Assembly (NCBI GenBank): GCA_010909165.1
Contig: VJWM01000003.1
Location: forward strand, 62,001-126,000
Reading direction: 5' to 3'
Source of the DNA: Anthoceros angustus
Taxonomy: Eukaryota; Plantae; Anthocerotophyta
DNA length: 64,000 nucleotides
Positions 1 through 13,192 of the stretch are shown piece by piece. Position 1 is the first letter of the stretch, and each line of letters starts with the position of its first letter. A program made the position numbers and the translations under genes. The notes beneath the pieces were generated by a model that was not told the DNA's origin, did no database searches, and worked only from the letters and a program-made list of their open reading frames with translations.

Positions 1-751
1 AAGCATCTCTTATGTGTTGAGGCTAGCCCTTCCAAGCTATTCCCTCACATTATAATTCAAAGTCTCGTGCTAATCATCACTTTGTATGTGCATCAGTTAG
101 TAAAGTCTTAATTTCTAGTTTGCTTGTGCAAGACATTGTGCACATTGAGTTGTCCCGTGAGTATGCAAGTCTCACTACTCGAGGTCAAGCAGTAGAGCAT
201 CAAAACTCTGTCTTTCCTTATCCTACACAACAATATTGTAGACAGCATCGGCAACATTGTGCACCATTTGTATGTTCATATAAGTGTAGGTGTAGAAGGT
301 ATAACAATACATCATTAGTCTCACGGAAGAACATGAGGCCTAACCCTTGCATTACATTGTGGTTCAAACTTCATATTTTAGATCATAATTCCTCATTCCT
401 CTAACTTTCCTTTTTATTTTCATATCATACTATCGTACTAGATGTAGCGAGACGCCTAACGAGTTAATGTTTTTCAAGCAAACCATTATAAAAAAATTAA
501 TCTATTTTAGTTTATTTTTTGGAAGTAACATATTATAGTTAGGTATCATTTGTTAATCTAGATATGCCTAGTTGCGTACACATAGGGTTTGGCCTATAAT
601 TTAAGTATGTAGATTTTTGTACACAAATTTTATTTTTTCTATGTCCTCTAGTTACAAGATTGTGTTTACAACCAATGTGGAATTTATATCCATGGAAATG
701 TTGATGATGTTGAATCTACCCAGAATTAAAGTCCTATAGTTTAACTGCAAA

Positions 752-2248
752 AGGAAAAGAAGACTTTATTATAGAAAAGAGATGGGAAAAACCCAACGAA
801 GAGCACCATGGCAGGGGTACTAGCCCCCACGATCACACATTTCAAAACTATCAACCGCTCGAAGAACTTCGTGGTCAGGGATGTGAAAAGGCCTATTTAC
901 CACCGGTGTCGAAGAAGTTGCATCTCCCACGCTTGCTGTCGTTCTGTACATTGCGTTGGCCAACGCCCTCAGCAGAGGGATGAAAACCCTATGCCGGAAA
1001 AAAGCAATAATACAAGAAAGGGGGAGGCCAACCCCATTCTTGCGGCTATGATAAGCCTAGAGAAATCCTTGCCCATGGCTCCGTGACTCTCAATGGCAGG
1101 ACGAAGGCATGGCCATCCTGCATAGGAGAGTACTTGTGGACCTTAGCTGTCGCGCATCCCTCTACCGCCCCGGGTCAAAAATAGATCATCCCTAAGAGAA
1201 ACCCGTTGAGCAGGGTGCAAGGGCGCTCCCTACATGGAAGGAACCCGCCTTCCCTAACAATAGAGAACATGACATCTCGGACGGCGTCATGCGTAGTGAT
1301 CCGCAGCCAACCTGTGGGACAGCGAGTTAAGTGCGTCCCAAAGTCATCGAGAGGGGCTCCATAGCTGCAAGTTGAAAGAGAGCAAGCCAAAAGATGGACC
1401 AAGCCTAGGCGAAAACGCATCGCGATGGAAAAAGTTGCTGGTGCGATGCGGAACGCCTAAATACTGGGTCGAGCCAAAAGCCAGGAACCTACCCCCTCCC
1501 CCGAGCAAGAGCGGAGATGAGCCTGAGTGGGCTTAGGAATGGAGGAATCCCGGAGGAGGGCCAACTACACCTGCCCGTATTGTTTCTTCAGGAGGGACGC
1601 CTAAAGCCCGCAGAGCCCAAACTCGGGAAGCGAGGAAAAAGACGGCATGACAACCCTCGCCTCGGATCCTGGTTAATCTTAGTGAGGCCTGCATGGGAAA
1701 AAGTCCCCTCCTCAACGCCCGCGACAAGAGCCTCCAGGATTTGTGAATGTCGAATTAAGAAACGGGAGGACAAGATGGGGGCAGAGAGAGCCCAGCTCCC
1801 TAAGAAAGCCGCTAGCGCCGAGGCCTCCGTAGCCAGCAAATCAATACCCCAAAAGCGACGGGAAGGAACACTTGCCACTTCGCAAGATTCCCGGCCGCAC
1901 ACTCGAAGATGCCTGGACCGATGATGTCGCCTAAAACTTGCATAAGCCGGTTGTCGAAATTCCTTAGGCTAGACAAGAAAACTGGGGAGGGGGCAACCGT
2001 TCGGAGAAGGTACCCTGGCCGGCGCACACAACAAGAGGAGAGGATCCCAAACGCCACTTGCGGATCTCCCAGTTAAAAAAGGTCGTCGATGTGCGCCAAA
2101 TCCTCAGCCAAATCCGCGTCCACATAATCCTGGGTGAAGGCAGGAGGCCCAATCGGGACACCAAGAACTCGAAGCCTCGGCAGAGAAGGAATATCCCGCT
2201 CCAGACACCGAAGAAAAGGAACAACGCCAGAGGGAGACCAAACCTTGC
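752..2248 (-). mobile_element. 5'-truncated, degenerate CRE-like non-LTR retrotransposon (RT C-terminus, Zn-knuckle, restriction-like endonuclease remnant)
   Basis: Minus-strand frameshifted fragments: late RT motifs (CKVWSP..LRVLGVPIG, CVRRPGYLLRT), knuckle CSYGAPLDDFGTHLTRC..HDAVRD and REL-like KVHKY..AIESHG. AATAAA plus a T-rich tail at the 3' end. Identical 16-bp direct repeat ATAGTTTAACTGCAAA at 736-751 and 2249-2264. Clade assigned from recalled motifs. Confidence 0.8.
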
Positions 2249-2446
2249 ATAGTTTAACTGCAAACTCATTCAAAGTTTGTATCATAAACTCTATATAGTT
2301 ATCCTATTTCCGTCTCAAGAACATCATTAATCTTTGATCGCTTAATTTTTATTTTTTTATACATCCATACTGATTCGCAAAAATAGCTACCTATATAGCA
2401 AAGTTGTTTCATGAAATGAAGTTCCTCATACTACCTATCATATTTG

Positions 2447-2579
2447 GGGTGCAGTAGGTGCAGTAGGTGACTTTAGGTAGGGAGCTTATTTGCTCCTCTT
2501 CACCTTGACCCCTGGTCCTCTTTGGTTGTCCCCTCCTAGATGGGCTTTTCCCATCGTTTTTCACCTCAATAAAATCTAC
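2447..2579 (+). mobile_element. ~130-bp retroposed 3'-end fragment related to the adjacent element
   Basis: Flanked by the 13-bp direct repeat CCTATCATATTTG (2434-2446, 2580-2592). Ends in TGGGCTTTTCCCATC..AATAAA, like the neighbour's TGGGTTTTTCCCATC..AATAAA. Confidence 0.55.
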
Positions 2580-3059
2580 CCTATCATATTTGATGGAGTT
2601 ACGTAATCCTTTTCAATCTAGAAACAAACCCTTATCTTGTCTAGTTTCGAGCAATCCCTTTCTTGGGTTTAATTTCTAATTAATTACCTAGCTTGTGTAA
2701 AATATGAAGTTTTGATGTATTTAGAGCCCTTTACAAACAACTAAAATGCACATAAGCTGTAAAGGGGTTTTTTAGATTTAAAATCTGTTGCGGGAAGAGA
2801 CCTAGAGGCTTGAGTTGAGCTGCCCCGAGTCTACAATTACAACGAGTGAGGTGGCCTTCGCTTCCTACACGCCTGGCAGCCCAAACACGGTTTGGCAGCT
2901 GTGTTGGGAGACTCGGCTCGCATCGTCGCGATCGGATCGAAGGAGTCTGGGAAGGGCTGGGCAAGGTTGGGGAAGGCAAGGCAAGGTAGCAGGGACGGGT
3001 GCGAGGCGGGCTGCCAGGGTTTCGCAGGTTGCTGCTTTCAGCAGCAGCGGGGGGGCTGA

Positions 3060-6000
3060 ATGGAAAGCCTGATTGGCCTCGTCAATAGGATACAGAGAGC
3101 ATGCACGGCTCTTGGTGACCATGGAGGAGACAACGCGCTGCCCACGCTATGGGAGGCGCTGCCCTCGGTTGTGGTGGTGGGAGGCCAGGTCAGTGGACTG
3201 ACTCCCTCATTGGGGCAGCTTGACCTCACGTGATGCCTCTTTGTTTGCTTGTTTCCAGCTTCGTGCGCGTCTGGAAATCTGGTTCCTCTGACTGTTTAAC
3301 CTCGCAACAGAGTTCTGGAAAGTCGTCTGTGTTGGAGAGCATCGTGGGAAGGGATTTCTTGCCTCGAGGCTCAGGTGTGCATCTTCTCTTACAGTGGACC
3401 ACGGACGTGGACAGATCGGATTAGATGTAGATTGGATCTGAAAATGCATCTTTTCATGCTGTCGTTTTTCTCGAAGCCCCAGCTGGATTCAGCATTAGGA
3501 TGGGGATAGATCTTCAATTCATCTCGGTTTAGGATCGCGGTAAGAAGTGGGCCGGGTAAAGCAGATGTATTGCAAATGGCTTCCAACATGATCAGTGCGA
3601 CGGTGATTTGTAGGGATTGTAACGAGGCGTCCCCTAGTTTTACAGCTGCACAAGACGGACGATGGTTCCGAGTATGGCGAATTTCTCCATGCGCCGAAGA
3701 GAAGGTTTACGGATTATGGTAATGTTGTGTACTTGCTTTTGATGTGGAGGTCCACAGGATCTTGCTTGTTGTGCTTAGTGAGGGGACGTATGTTTTACTC
3801 CTTCTTCTTAGGTTGACGGTCTTCTTGGTGAGAAGACGTTTTTTGCAAGTGTGGACGGTGAATGTTGAGAAACTTACAAATTCTGTTCAGGTCTTTCCAT
3901 GGTTATAGACGACTTTTGCAAGCTTCGACCTGACGAGTGAGTATGTGGTCGCAGCTGCTATTAGGAAAGAGATATCTGATGAGACCGACAGAGTCACTGG
4001 GCGCAGCAAGCAGATCTCTCCCGTTCCGATTCAATTGAGCATATATTCTCCTCATGGTATGTCTACCCAGAAGATTTACATCTCAAATTTGAGGGATTTG
4101 CTTGTGGCCCTACAATCAAATGAACGATGGAATTAGATTGTGAAATAAGTCGACAGTATCTTTCACCCTTATGATCATATGCACGTGCTAATAGTCAAGA
4201 CGATCTCTGTGCAAGGTTGGAAGTTTGTCAGAATGAGGCATAACAGGTTGCCACTCTATGATGTGATGCAGTGGTGAACTTGACTCTCATTGATCTTCCT
4301 GGTCTGACAAAAGTTGCTGTTGGTAAGTGCTCCTTATGCCTATGACCATGCCTATAGAGGCTAATTTTGGATGAGCCAGGAAAGTGCTAAATTAGAGCTA
4401 ATTACTTTTTCTGTCACCTGCAGAGGGACAGCCTGACAGCATTGTGGCAGATATAGAAAATATGGTTCGGTCATACGTCGAGAAGGTACTTTCCCGATCC
4501 TTGATACCGGAATGCGATCATGCATTCTTGCGGATCCTCTTGCTCACCGTATTGCATTTGTTGTATGTGCAGCCGAATTCCTTGATCTTGGCCATCTCTC
4601 CTGCAAATCAAGATATTGCCACCTCAGATGCTATCAAGTTGGCCCGGGAGGTTGACCCTCAAGGTACCTGATAAGCCTGGGTGGTCTGCTGGTTGTTGTT
4701 GTGGCCTATGAGTGAAAACTGCAGGTGATAGGTTTTTGTGAAATCAGGGCAAGAGTGGCCTCTATTCTAGAGGGCAATTTGATTGTCATGGTCTTGGGGA
4801 AAGCAGGGCAAAATTGCCTCTAGTCTAGAATACCGTTTTACCGTCATTGTCATGGAAGCCTGTCATCGGATCAATGCTGGCAGTTGAGCACTTCTGTCGA
4901 AGTAGCCTCAAATCCGCCTCCTGCTGTTATAATTAAGGTGCTGTCCAGGGGTAGAGGTTGTAGCTGGCATTGAAGATAGCTGTAATAACTTTTGGCAGGG
5001 TTGGTCGGCTGACAGAGAGTAATGTTCGTTATTTTGGTGGTTGCAAACATCAAACATGCGCTAACACTGGGGGCCTGGCTGCTAACTCTTGGATTTGATC
5101 GACACACTTGATTTCTGTAGGAGAGCGAACGTTTGGTGTGTTGACAAAGCTAGACCTTATGGACAAGGGTACCAATGCTCTTGATGTAAGTCTTCCTTTC
5201 TTTGCAGAACGTTGCAACTGATCTGGAGGAGAACTGACATTTGGCAAGATTCTTACTTTTTCTTATGTGAGATCTACAGGTTCTTGAGGGCAATGCATAC
5301 AGATTGAAAATGCCATGGGTTGGAGTTGTAAATCGTTCACAGCAAGACATCAACAAGAATGTGGATATGATAGCGGCTAGACGACGAGAGCGAGAGTATT
5401 TCCAAAGCAGTCAAGATTACTCTCACTTAGCTAGCAGGATGGGCTCAGAGTATCTTGGCAGAGTGTTGTCAAAGGTAGCACATCGCTTTGTCTTTCATGG
5501 GTTCCTGCCCAATGCCGTTCTCCAGCAGATTCCTGCTTTTTGTTGCTCTGACAGCTGTGGGGTTTCAAGGTTTCGAATGTTGGTCTAACTGCTTCCTACT
5601 CCACAGCATTTGGAAGCTGTGATCAAGGCTCGGATCCCTAGTATCCAAGCGCTTATCAACAAGACTATTGATGAGCTTGAGGCAGAGATGAATCAGCTGG
5701 GCAGGCCTATAGCTGTGGATGCAGGGGTAATGTGTGGTGCCTTTACTGGTGGTCTGTGTGATTGTGGAAGAAGTCTCTCTGTCTGATAGTTACGGAAAGA
5801 CTTCTTCCATAATTATCTAGGGAAGAAGTCTTTCCGTAACTATGAAACGGAGAGACTTCTGTTTCATAGTTACGGAAGAAGTCTCTCCTTTATTTCTTTT
5901 CTCTGTTCTGAAAACACTGTGGCACAATTCAACAGAGTGTTCTCTACCTTCTTCCATATGCAGGCCCAACTATACACAGTCTTGGAGCTTTGCAGGGCAT

Positions 6001-7711
6001 TTGACCATGTCTTCAAAGATCATTTAGATGGAGGGTGAGTTGATCAGCTGAGTTTGTGGAAAATGTTATTTGGGGTTGGTGCTCCGGTATGATGTAAACT
6101 GAATCCTCGAGATGTTCATTTTTTCTGTTGTATAATGTGGCATTCTTTGAAAGCTGCAAAGTGTGGTGTGAAGAGAAGGCAATCAGATTTGAGAAGGGGT
6201 ATGATGTTGGTTTCTTGCTTGATATCGCAGGCGACCTGGGGGTGAGAGGATATATGGTGTGTTTGATAATCAGCTTCCTGCAGCGTTGAAAAAGCTGCCC
6301 TTTGACAAACATCTCTCCCTCCAAAGTGTGCGCAAGATTGTGACAGAGGCAGATGGTTATCAGCCGCATCTGATAGCCCCTGAGCATGGTTACCGCCGTC
6401 TGATTGAAGGGGCATTGAGTCTTTTCAGAGGCCCAGCAGAAGCTGTTGTTGATGCGGTACAACAGTGATTCTTAGCTTTTACTCGCAGTTTTTTAACTTA
6501 TATGATAACATTTTCTTGGAGAATAAGGCAGCATCCCTCTTTGGTCTTTCCTTTTGCGTGTAAAGCAGTGTACTAGGAAACCAAAGTGAAGCAATCTACC
6601 AACTGGTTTTGCGCCCTGGGCTTTGGATTTTTTTCTTTGTGGCAGCGATGCATGCTATTTTTGGCTGGTCTTTTACAGAATTATTGGTGACATTGCAGGT
6701 GCACTTCATTCTCAGAGATCTTGTCCGAAAAGCAATAAATGAGACTCAGGTAAGCACTGTCTTTTAGATCCATCAAATGTTTGCTATGGCCTGCTTGGGT
6801 AATTATTCAATTTCTGGAAACTGATTATCTTAGTTGTTAATTGATGGCAGCATGGTCACTGCCACTTCAGTATAATATTCACCACCTTGCAAGAAGGCAA
6901 CTCACGCTAATTGATTTTACAGGAATTGAAGCGATTCCCAACTTTGCAAGCAGAGCTAGCTGCTGCTGCCACGGAGGCCCTGGAAAAGTTCCGTGAGGAG
7001 AGCAGAAAAACTTCTTTGAGGCTTGTAGACATGGAAGCAAGCTATTTGACAGTGGATTTTTTTAGAAAACTCCCCCAAGAAATTGAAAAGGGTGGAAATC
7101 CGGTTGCATCAACATTGGAGCGTTATACTGAGGGTCACCTTCGGAGAATTGGTATGTGCCAGAGGCTAAGTTAGATGGGTCATATGTTCTTTTAAAGGTT
7201 CAGTATGACCAATCCGGTTTCAAGTAGTTAAGGCAATGACATTTTCAATGCGGCAAACGTTTTTGATGATTCCGAGCTGGTGCAATGTTTGCTTACAGGT
7301 GAAATTGCATAGTAGTTTGTGGTGGAGCTGACTTTGATTCTGCTGTCAATTGTCAGGATCCAATGTTTCTGCTTACGTTGGCATGGTTATGGACTTGCTA
7401 CGGAACTCCATACCTAAAGCTGTTGTGTATTGCCAAGTGCGTGAGGCAAAGAGATCTCTGCTGGACACCTTTTATGCCCAAGTTGGAAAACGAGAGGTAC
7501 AAAGGCACATGGTTCGGTGGTGCATCGTGGCAAGCTTGTGTCTGCAGGTTTTAACAATTGGCAATGGTTGTGGAGATTTCAGGGAAAGCAACTTGCGACA
7601 ATGCTAGATGAGGATCCAGCCTTGATGGAACGTCGGGAGAATCTTGCAAAGAGGCTGGAGGTTTACAAAATTGCCCGTGACGAGATCGATGCAGTTGCAT
7701 GGGCAAAGTGA
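3060..7711 (+). CDS. DRP1: Dynamin-related protein 1 (phragmoplastin family), 16 exons
   Basis: ATG 3060 [22 protein letters not shown]; P-loop GGQ/SSGKSS; DLPG; TKLDLMDKG; middle domain; GED ending EIDAVAWAK*. All introns traced as GT-AG. Confidence 0.96.
5769..5860. repeat. Intronic inverted repeat (40-bp arms, 12-nt loop) in DRP1 intron 10
   Basis: 5769-5808 is the reverse complement of 5821-5860 with 3 mismatches; a partial third copy runs to ~5888. Confidence 0.85.
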
Positions 7712-9117
7712 GTCAAGATGGGAATTTCCGATTCTTGTGTCTACACACACACTCTTAGCTTCTTCCTCTTACTTGCACAGGTGGGGGTAGGGGGTTAGGC
7801 ACCTGCTGCTGTTGGGAAGATTACTACAGTATTTGAGGTGGGGGGAGCGGTAGTTGACCAAGTGCTATTTGCTTGATCACCGATTAGGTAGATGACCATT
7901 TTTTTTAGCTTGACAGCATTCTCTCGGGAGGGGCCTATGTTGTTGGCAGAGTCAATTGTTTACGGAACAGGTTGGCTTTGTGGGCGTGCGTGATTTTTTG
8001 CCAGTACAGTTCTTCCAGGCTGAGCCTGGTTTCCACAGGGCTTCTGTCCATACTTGTATTTTGAAGAAAACTGGGCCTTGGGGTATTAAAATTTTGATAT
8101 TTTTCGGCTGTCATAACTATGTTCAATTTTTTGGGGTGGAATCGGATGAATCAAGTATCCACTGTGCTTAAACGTGACCTCACTTAACCTAAGCTAAACA
8201 ATGTAGGTGGTAGTAGGGTTTCCAGAAGAATAGCCTAGGGCAGAGAGACGCAGGTGGTAGTGGTAGTAGTAATAATAACAGTCCTAGCCAATGTTATTTG
8301 GTTGCAGGGAAACGCTGCCAGAGCCAGTGGTGGATGAGCGTCCGGCACTGTTCTCTGTGGGCAGCAGTTCGCCAGCAGAGTGAAAGCCACTCCACTACAG
8401 CACAGAACAGCACAGCACAGCACAGCCAGGTACCTATAACTAGCGCGGCCGTTTGTCAGTTGATAAGTTGCTGAGTTGCTGATCACTTAGTCACTGGATC
8501 ACTCAACCCCTGAAACCAACACGATCTGCTGCTTTAATGAGAGGCAGCCCACGGATTAATGAAAACTGCAGTTTCTGGGGAGGAGGTCACCTAACTCACT
8601 ACTGTACCTCCTCACCTGCATCTCACAGGGACATAGAGACAGCCAGAGCCAGGCAGCCAGACAGCTTGATTGCACCAACCAAAGGAACCATCTGCATACA
8701 TACATATGCACAAGGCCTAACATGCATACATGCGCACACACAGGCAATGAAGAAGAAGCAAGAATTGTTTTTGTAAAAGCAGGGCATCTAGATACATACA
8801 GACATACAGTATATCTAATGTAGAGAAAAATTGCAGTTGGTTGCAGCTGAAGCTGGTCCCAGGCGGAGGGAGAGCAAAGCATCGCCATCGGGGTGTAAGC
8901 AGGTGCGGGCAGGGTGATTAGCAGGCCCAGGGACTGGAACTGGACCCAAAACACGTGACAGGAGCTGCCGCTTCACGTGATGTTGAAGGCGTGTGAGAAG
9001 GTATGCAAATCAGCTCAAGTGCACGCTGTCAGGCTGTGGAAATGGCTACAAAACATACATTTGTAGAGCTGGATAGTAGTATCCCTTTGTGTAGTCTGTG
9101 ACATGCAGTTGGTAGCG

Positions 9118-9275
9118 ACGCAGATGATATGACCCAAGGACTCCCTCTGGTTTGAGCAGAAGAATTAAGGACCCAAGGACAAGTGTGTGTGGCCTCAGCA
9201 GAATTAAAGACCCCGAGGACAAGTCTGTGTGGTTTCAGCAGAATTAAGGACCCCACCAAGGACAAGCTGTGTGTG
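9118..9275. repeat. Diverged ~37-40 bp tandem repeat, ~4 copies
   Basis: Units of GCAGAATTAAGGACCC(C)AAGGACAAG(T/C)TGTGTGG. Confidence 0.75.
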
Positions 9276-10140
9276 GTTTTTAGGACATCTATACCTACAT
9301 GTAGGCCAGCCAGCAGTTTCAGGTTCCAGGTTCACAGGTTCAGAGGCAGGGACGGTCAGGCGACGGGTACTGTGCCCACGGCCTGAATGCGAAGGAATGC
9401 ATTGGATAGAAAAGGGCATGGCAGTCGGGAGTCGGGAGCGGGAGTCGGAGAGCCCAGACTCCAGAGGCAGCCGCTTCCAATTTCCCGAGGAAATGAAGGT
9501 CAAAGTGGGCCAGGGCAGTCCAGTCCAGTCCACAGGGCTCAGAGGCCAGGCTGTTGGGGCTGCGAGCCCCTGGTGCCTGCAGTCTCGAGGCGCAGCAGTC
9601 GAGGTTCTCTCGGCAAGCAGCAGTCGATGCAGGCTTCTTGATGAGGGGGAAAAATGCTAGGGCAGGGCAATGGGCAATGGGCAATGGGACAGGCATCAAG
9701 TCAAAAGTGGGTCCGGCGTTCCAGACCTTCCAGCCCTGCCTGCCAGCCCCAACCCCGTCAGAGCGGGACGGGACGGGACGGAAGGGCCCCGATCCCGTGA
9801 CCCGGCTTTGAATGCAGCATGCAACCCAGCCCAGAGGCCAGCCCGTCTTTTGATACCGGGCCCGGCCGCGCATCCCGACCCGGCCCCGGTTCCCCACTTC
9901 CCCGCTTCTTCCTTCCCCCCTCTTCTTCCCCCAGCGGCTACTGTCGAGGGGATATGGGGATCATTTTCCTCCCCCTTGCATCCCGCGGCCCGTGTGAGCC
10001 CCGGGGGCCCTGCAACATCCTGCCCTGCATCCTGCTGCCTGCACGCAAGGACCAGAGTGCACAGCAGAGCCCGGCCCGAAACGGCCCCTGACCGCCAGCA
10101 TGAGCTGTCCGTGACCGCCTAGACTACATAGCACCAGGGC

Positions 10141-10194
10141 CGGGACTGGGACCCGGGACCCGGGACCCGGGACCCGGGACCCGGGACCCGGGAC
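10141..10194. repeat. (GGGACCC)n 7-bp tandem, ~7 copies
   Basis: Read directly from sequence. Confidence 0.9.
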
Positions 10195-10895
10195 ACGGCC
10201 CTATTCAACTCTGCGTCGCACATGTATGCGATCCAACTAGAATGTTGTGCTTCCAATGGCGCTGCGCTTGCCTTAAATGCACCCGCACCGCATGGTCCGT
10301 GTTGCCCTTGCTTTTTCCCACCCTTTTCTATTTTTATTTTCCATCTCCAGCTGCATACCTGCATACCTGGTGCACCGTGCCACTACATACATATGTGATA
10401 AGCAGGCACCTTGTTTTGTAGCAGCGGGGATCGTGCACACAATCTACGTAACGTCCATGCATGTTGCTGCCAAGTGTTTGCAAGTGCAACTTTGCCTGTC
10501 GTACATGTGAATGCATATATTCTCCGATTCTTCCAAAGGAATCCACAATTCTCAAGCCTTTTTTTATCATTGAATTCTTATTTTTATCATAAGAAAATAA
10601 TAATTATCGTCTAAGAAACCAAGTGCTGAAGGCGATGAGGGTGACTTACTTGTAGACATACTTTTGTTTTGTGTGCCATTGTATGAGGCAATTCCCATGT
10701 GGCAATCATTGCCCAATCAATATGTGGTTCGTAGATTGGCTCATGATGTGATCCTTAATCGACACTTACTCTTGACCTAGTCCGGGAATATTGAGAGCTT
10801 ATGGTTTATGGTTCATCTACCGTATAATAAATAATGAATAAAACAAGGCCATAGACCATAAGCTCTTACTAATAGATTGTCCTTCCTTGATGAGC

Positions 10896-12221
10896 GACAT
10901 TTAGAGAAGAGTTTGTCTATATATCTCTACAATTAAGCAACCTATACATACTTGACATCTAGAGAAGAGTTTGTCAATATATCTCCACAATTAAACGACC
11001 TATCTATACTTAACACTATGGAGATGACGTGTTGTAAAGCCCAAAGTGATTTACAGTGTTACCCATCCCCTATGGGGTCCCTATTCCAACTTGTAATGCC
11101 CTAGGGGGCCCTTGCACCTCTAGAAGACCGCTTGTTGTAAGACCCGAAGTGAAATGAGATGCTATCCATCCCCTATTTTAAGGCCCTTCGTTTTCTCTAA
11201 AGCCCTCCGGCCCCCTATTGGATGGCCTTCTAGCACCCTTGAAGCCCTAAGATGTTTTGGACTATATAAGGACTATGTTCAAGTACAATCAAAAGGATGA
11301 TATAAACTATCCAGCAAAACCCTTACCCGAGATCCAATTATCACTAAGATCAGAATGTAACCACATTCAACTAAGTTCTCTTTTTAGTTATAATCATATC
11401 ATAAACTATTTATCTAATTATTAACATTATAGTTTTATTTTCAAATTTTAGAAGCGAAGTTAGAAGAGCTCTTTACCCTTCTGATTGAAGCTTCGAAACA
11501 TCAAGATAACATGAACAAATTAACGTAAAAGTTCATCAAGATAACATGAACAAATTAACGTAAAAATTCATCAAGATAACATGAACAAATTAACGTAAAA
11601 GTTGTGGTTTGTTGTCTGCTCACATCCACAATGCCTTTTAAGTGCGATTCTTTAAGACCTCCAACGCCTCTTGCTTGCTTTTTGTTCCTTGCGTATTGTG
11701 GGTTCGTTGTTACGAGCAATGCTGACATTATCTACCACACTATCTACTTGACTATTTAAGACCTCCTACATCTCTTGCTTGCTTTTTGTTCCTCTCGTCG
11801 ACTATGGGTTGGCCATTACCAACAATGCTGACACTTTTTTTATAATAGAATTTAGAGACTATATAAATATTTCAAAGTATACATCGAAGTCTCGCAATGT
11901 GAGTGTTAATCTGGAGTAACCCCGAAGGGCAATAACAACTGAGTTTTATGGGCACCCCTACACACTTGTGGGGCTGCCCACCGCCGAGATGAGGGCCTAA
12001 TTTTTAGCTAAGAATGGGTGGCACTAGGATGTGCAGAGATGAGGGCAGGGTTTTAGCTAAGAATGGGTGGCACTCGAATGTGCAAAGATGAGGGCATGAT
12101 TTTTAACTAAGAATGGGTGGCACTCGGATGTGCAAAGATGAGGGCATGATTTTTAGCTAAGAATGGGTGGCACTTGGATGTGCAAAGATGGAGGGCATGA
12201 TTTTTAGCTGAGAATGGGTAG
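10896..12221. repeat. AT-rich block of tandem duplications, probably TE-derived
   Basis: 58 bp x2 (10896-11011), 35 bp x3 (11499-11603), ~105 bp x2 (11651-11834), ~47 bp x5 (11986-12221). Confidence 0.8.
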
Positions 12222-13146
12222 TACACTATCGGAGTCCCAAGGACGCTTGACTGAGTTCTTGTCAACCCAAGAGAATGGGTAGCACACCAAGCGAGTATTG
12301 ATCCGTCCTAAGGACACTAGACTTGTGGAGTTCCAACGAACCCATGTTTGGATATCACCCTTGAAGGGAGAATATTGTTTTATCCACTTGTTGTATCTTC
12401 ATGGTATGTATATATCATTATTAAAGTCAAGTCAATCATATTCTCAAGTTCCTAATATGACACAAGTTATATTGTGTCAATTATACTCTCACATTCTCAA
12501 TAATATTTTAAATAGAGTACTTATTGAATAATCAGAAATTAATTTATATAAATTAAAATCAAAAGCGATGTTATATTATTTATATAATAGTATCATAATT
12601 TTATAAAATAAATAAAATTATCATTTATAAATAAGAGGTAAAAAATAAGGAAAGAGACCATGTCAAGGAGTATAAATGATGTACGAAAAAAAGTGAAAGA
12701 ACAGCAATGGCACATATTACGATGATCGAGATTCGGAGCAGAAGGTATAAAATAGTATGTACCTGGACGCGTTGGTTGAGGGCTGAGGCCTGGCCGGGCG
12801 CCCGGCCCCGTGCCACTGTGGGCTGCAAGCGGGGAGTCAATAATTACAAGTCACGGTGGGGCTCGCGGTTTGATGGGAACAGCGCGGAGTCGTGATTGGC
12901 CAGCAAGCCCGGGAATCCTCTAAAAGGGAAGGCCAATGGGACCTGGGCGAGGGCAGCGTGGCCCCCAATGGGCGCCCGCCATATCCCATGCATAACGGAA
13001 AGAATCAGGAAAGATAAACCCTAAACGGAAATCCGGCCCACAGGCAGTCCGACACCACGTGGTGTGGGACCCGGCCCCCTTCCTTCCACACTCATGGTCT
13101 CCCAAATTCCGAATTCCGTCTGCGCGTTGCCGAGTTGCCGAGGTGC

Positions 13147-13192
13147 CCTGGCCTGCGCCTGGCCTGCGCCTGGCCTCCGCCTGGCCTGCGCC
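13147..13192. repeat. 11-bp tandem CCTGGCCTGCG x4
   Basis: Read directly from sequence. Confidence 0.8.

Noticed and set aside
8960-8985. AGCTGCCG resembling part of the MIR319 precursor
   Set aside because: No mature miR319/159 sequence and no fold-back.
11499-12221. CRISPR-like appearance of the 35- and 47-bp repeats
   Set aside because: Head-to-tail units with no unique spacers, in a eukaryotic context with no cas genes.
12360-12385. Possible LTR polypurine tract followed by TG
   Set aside because: No paired LTR, PBS or retroelement coding motifs found.
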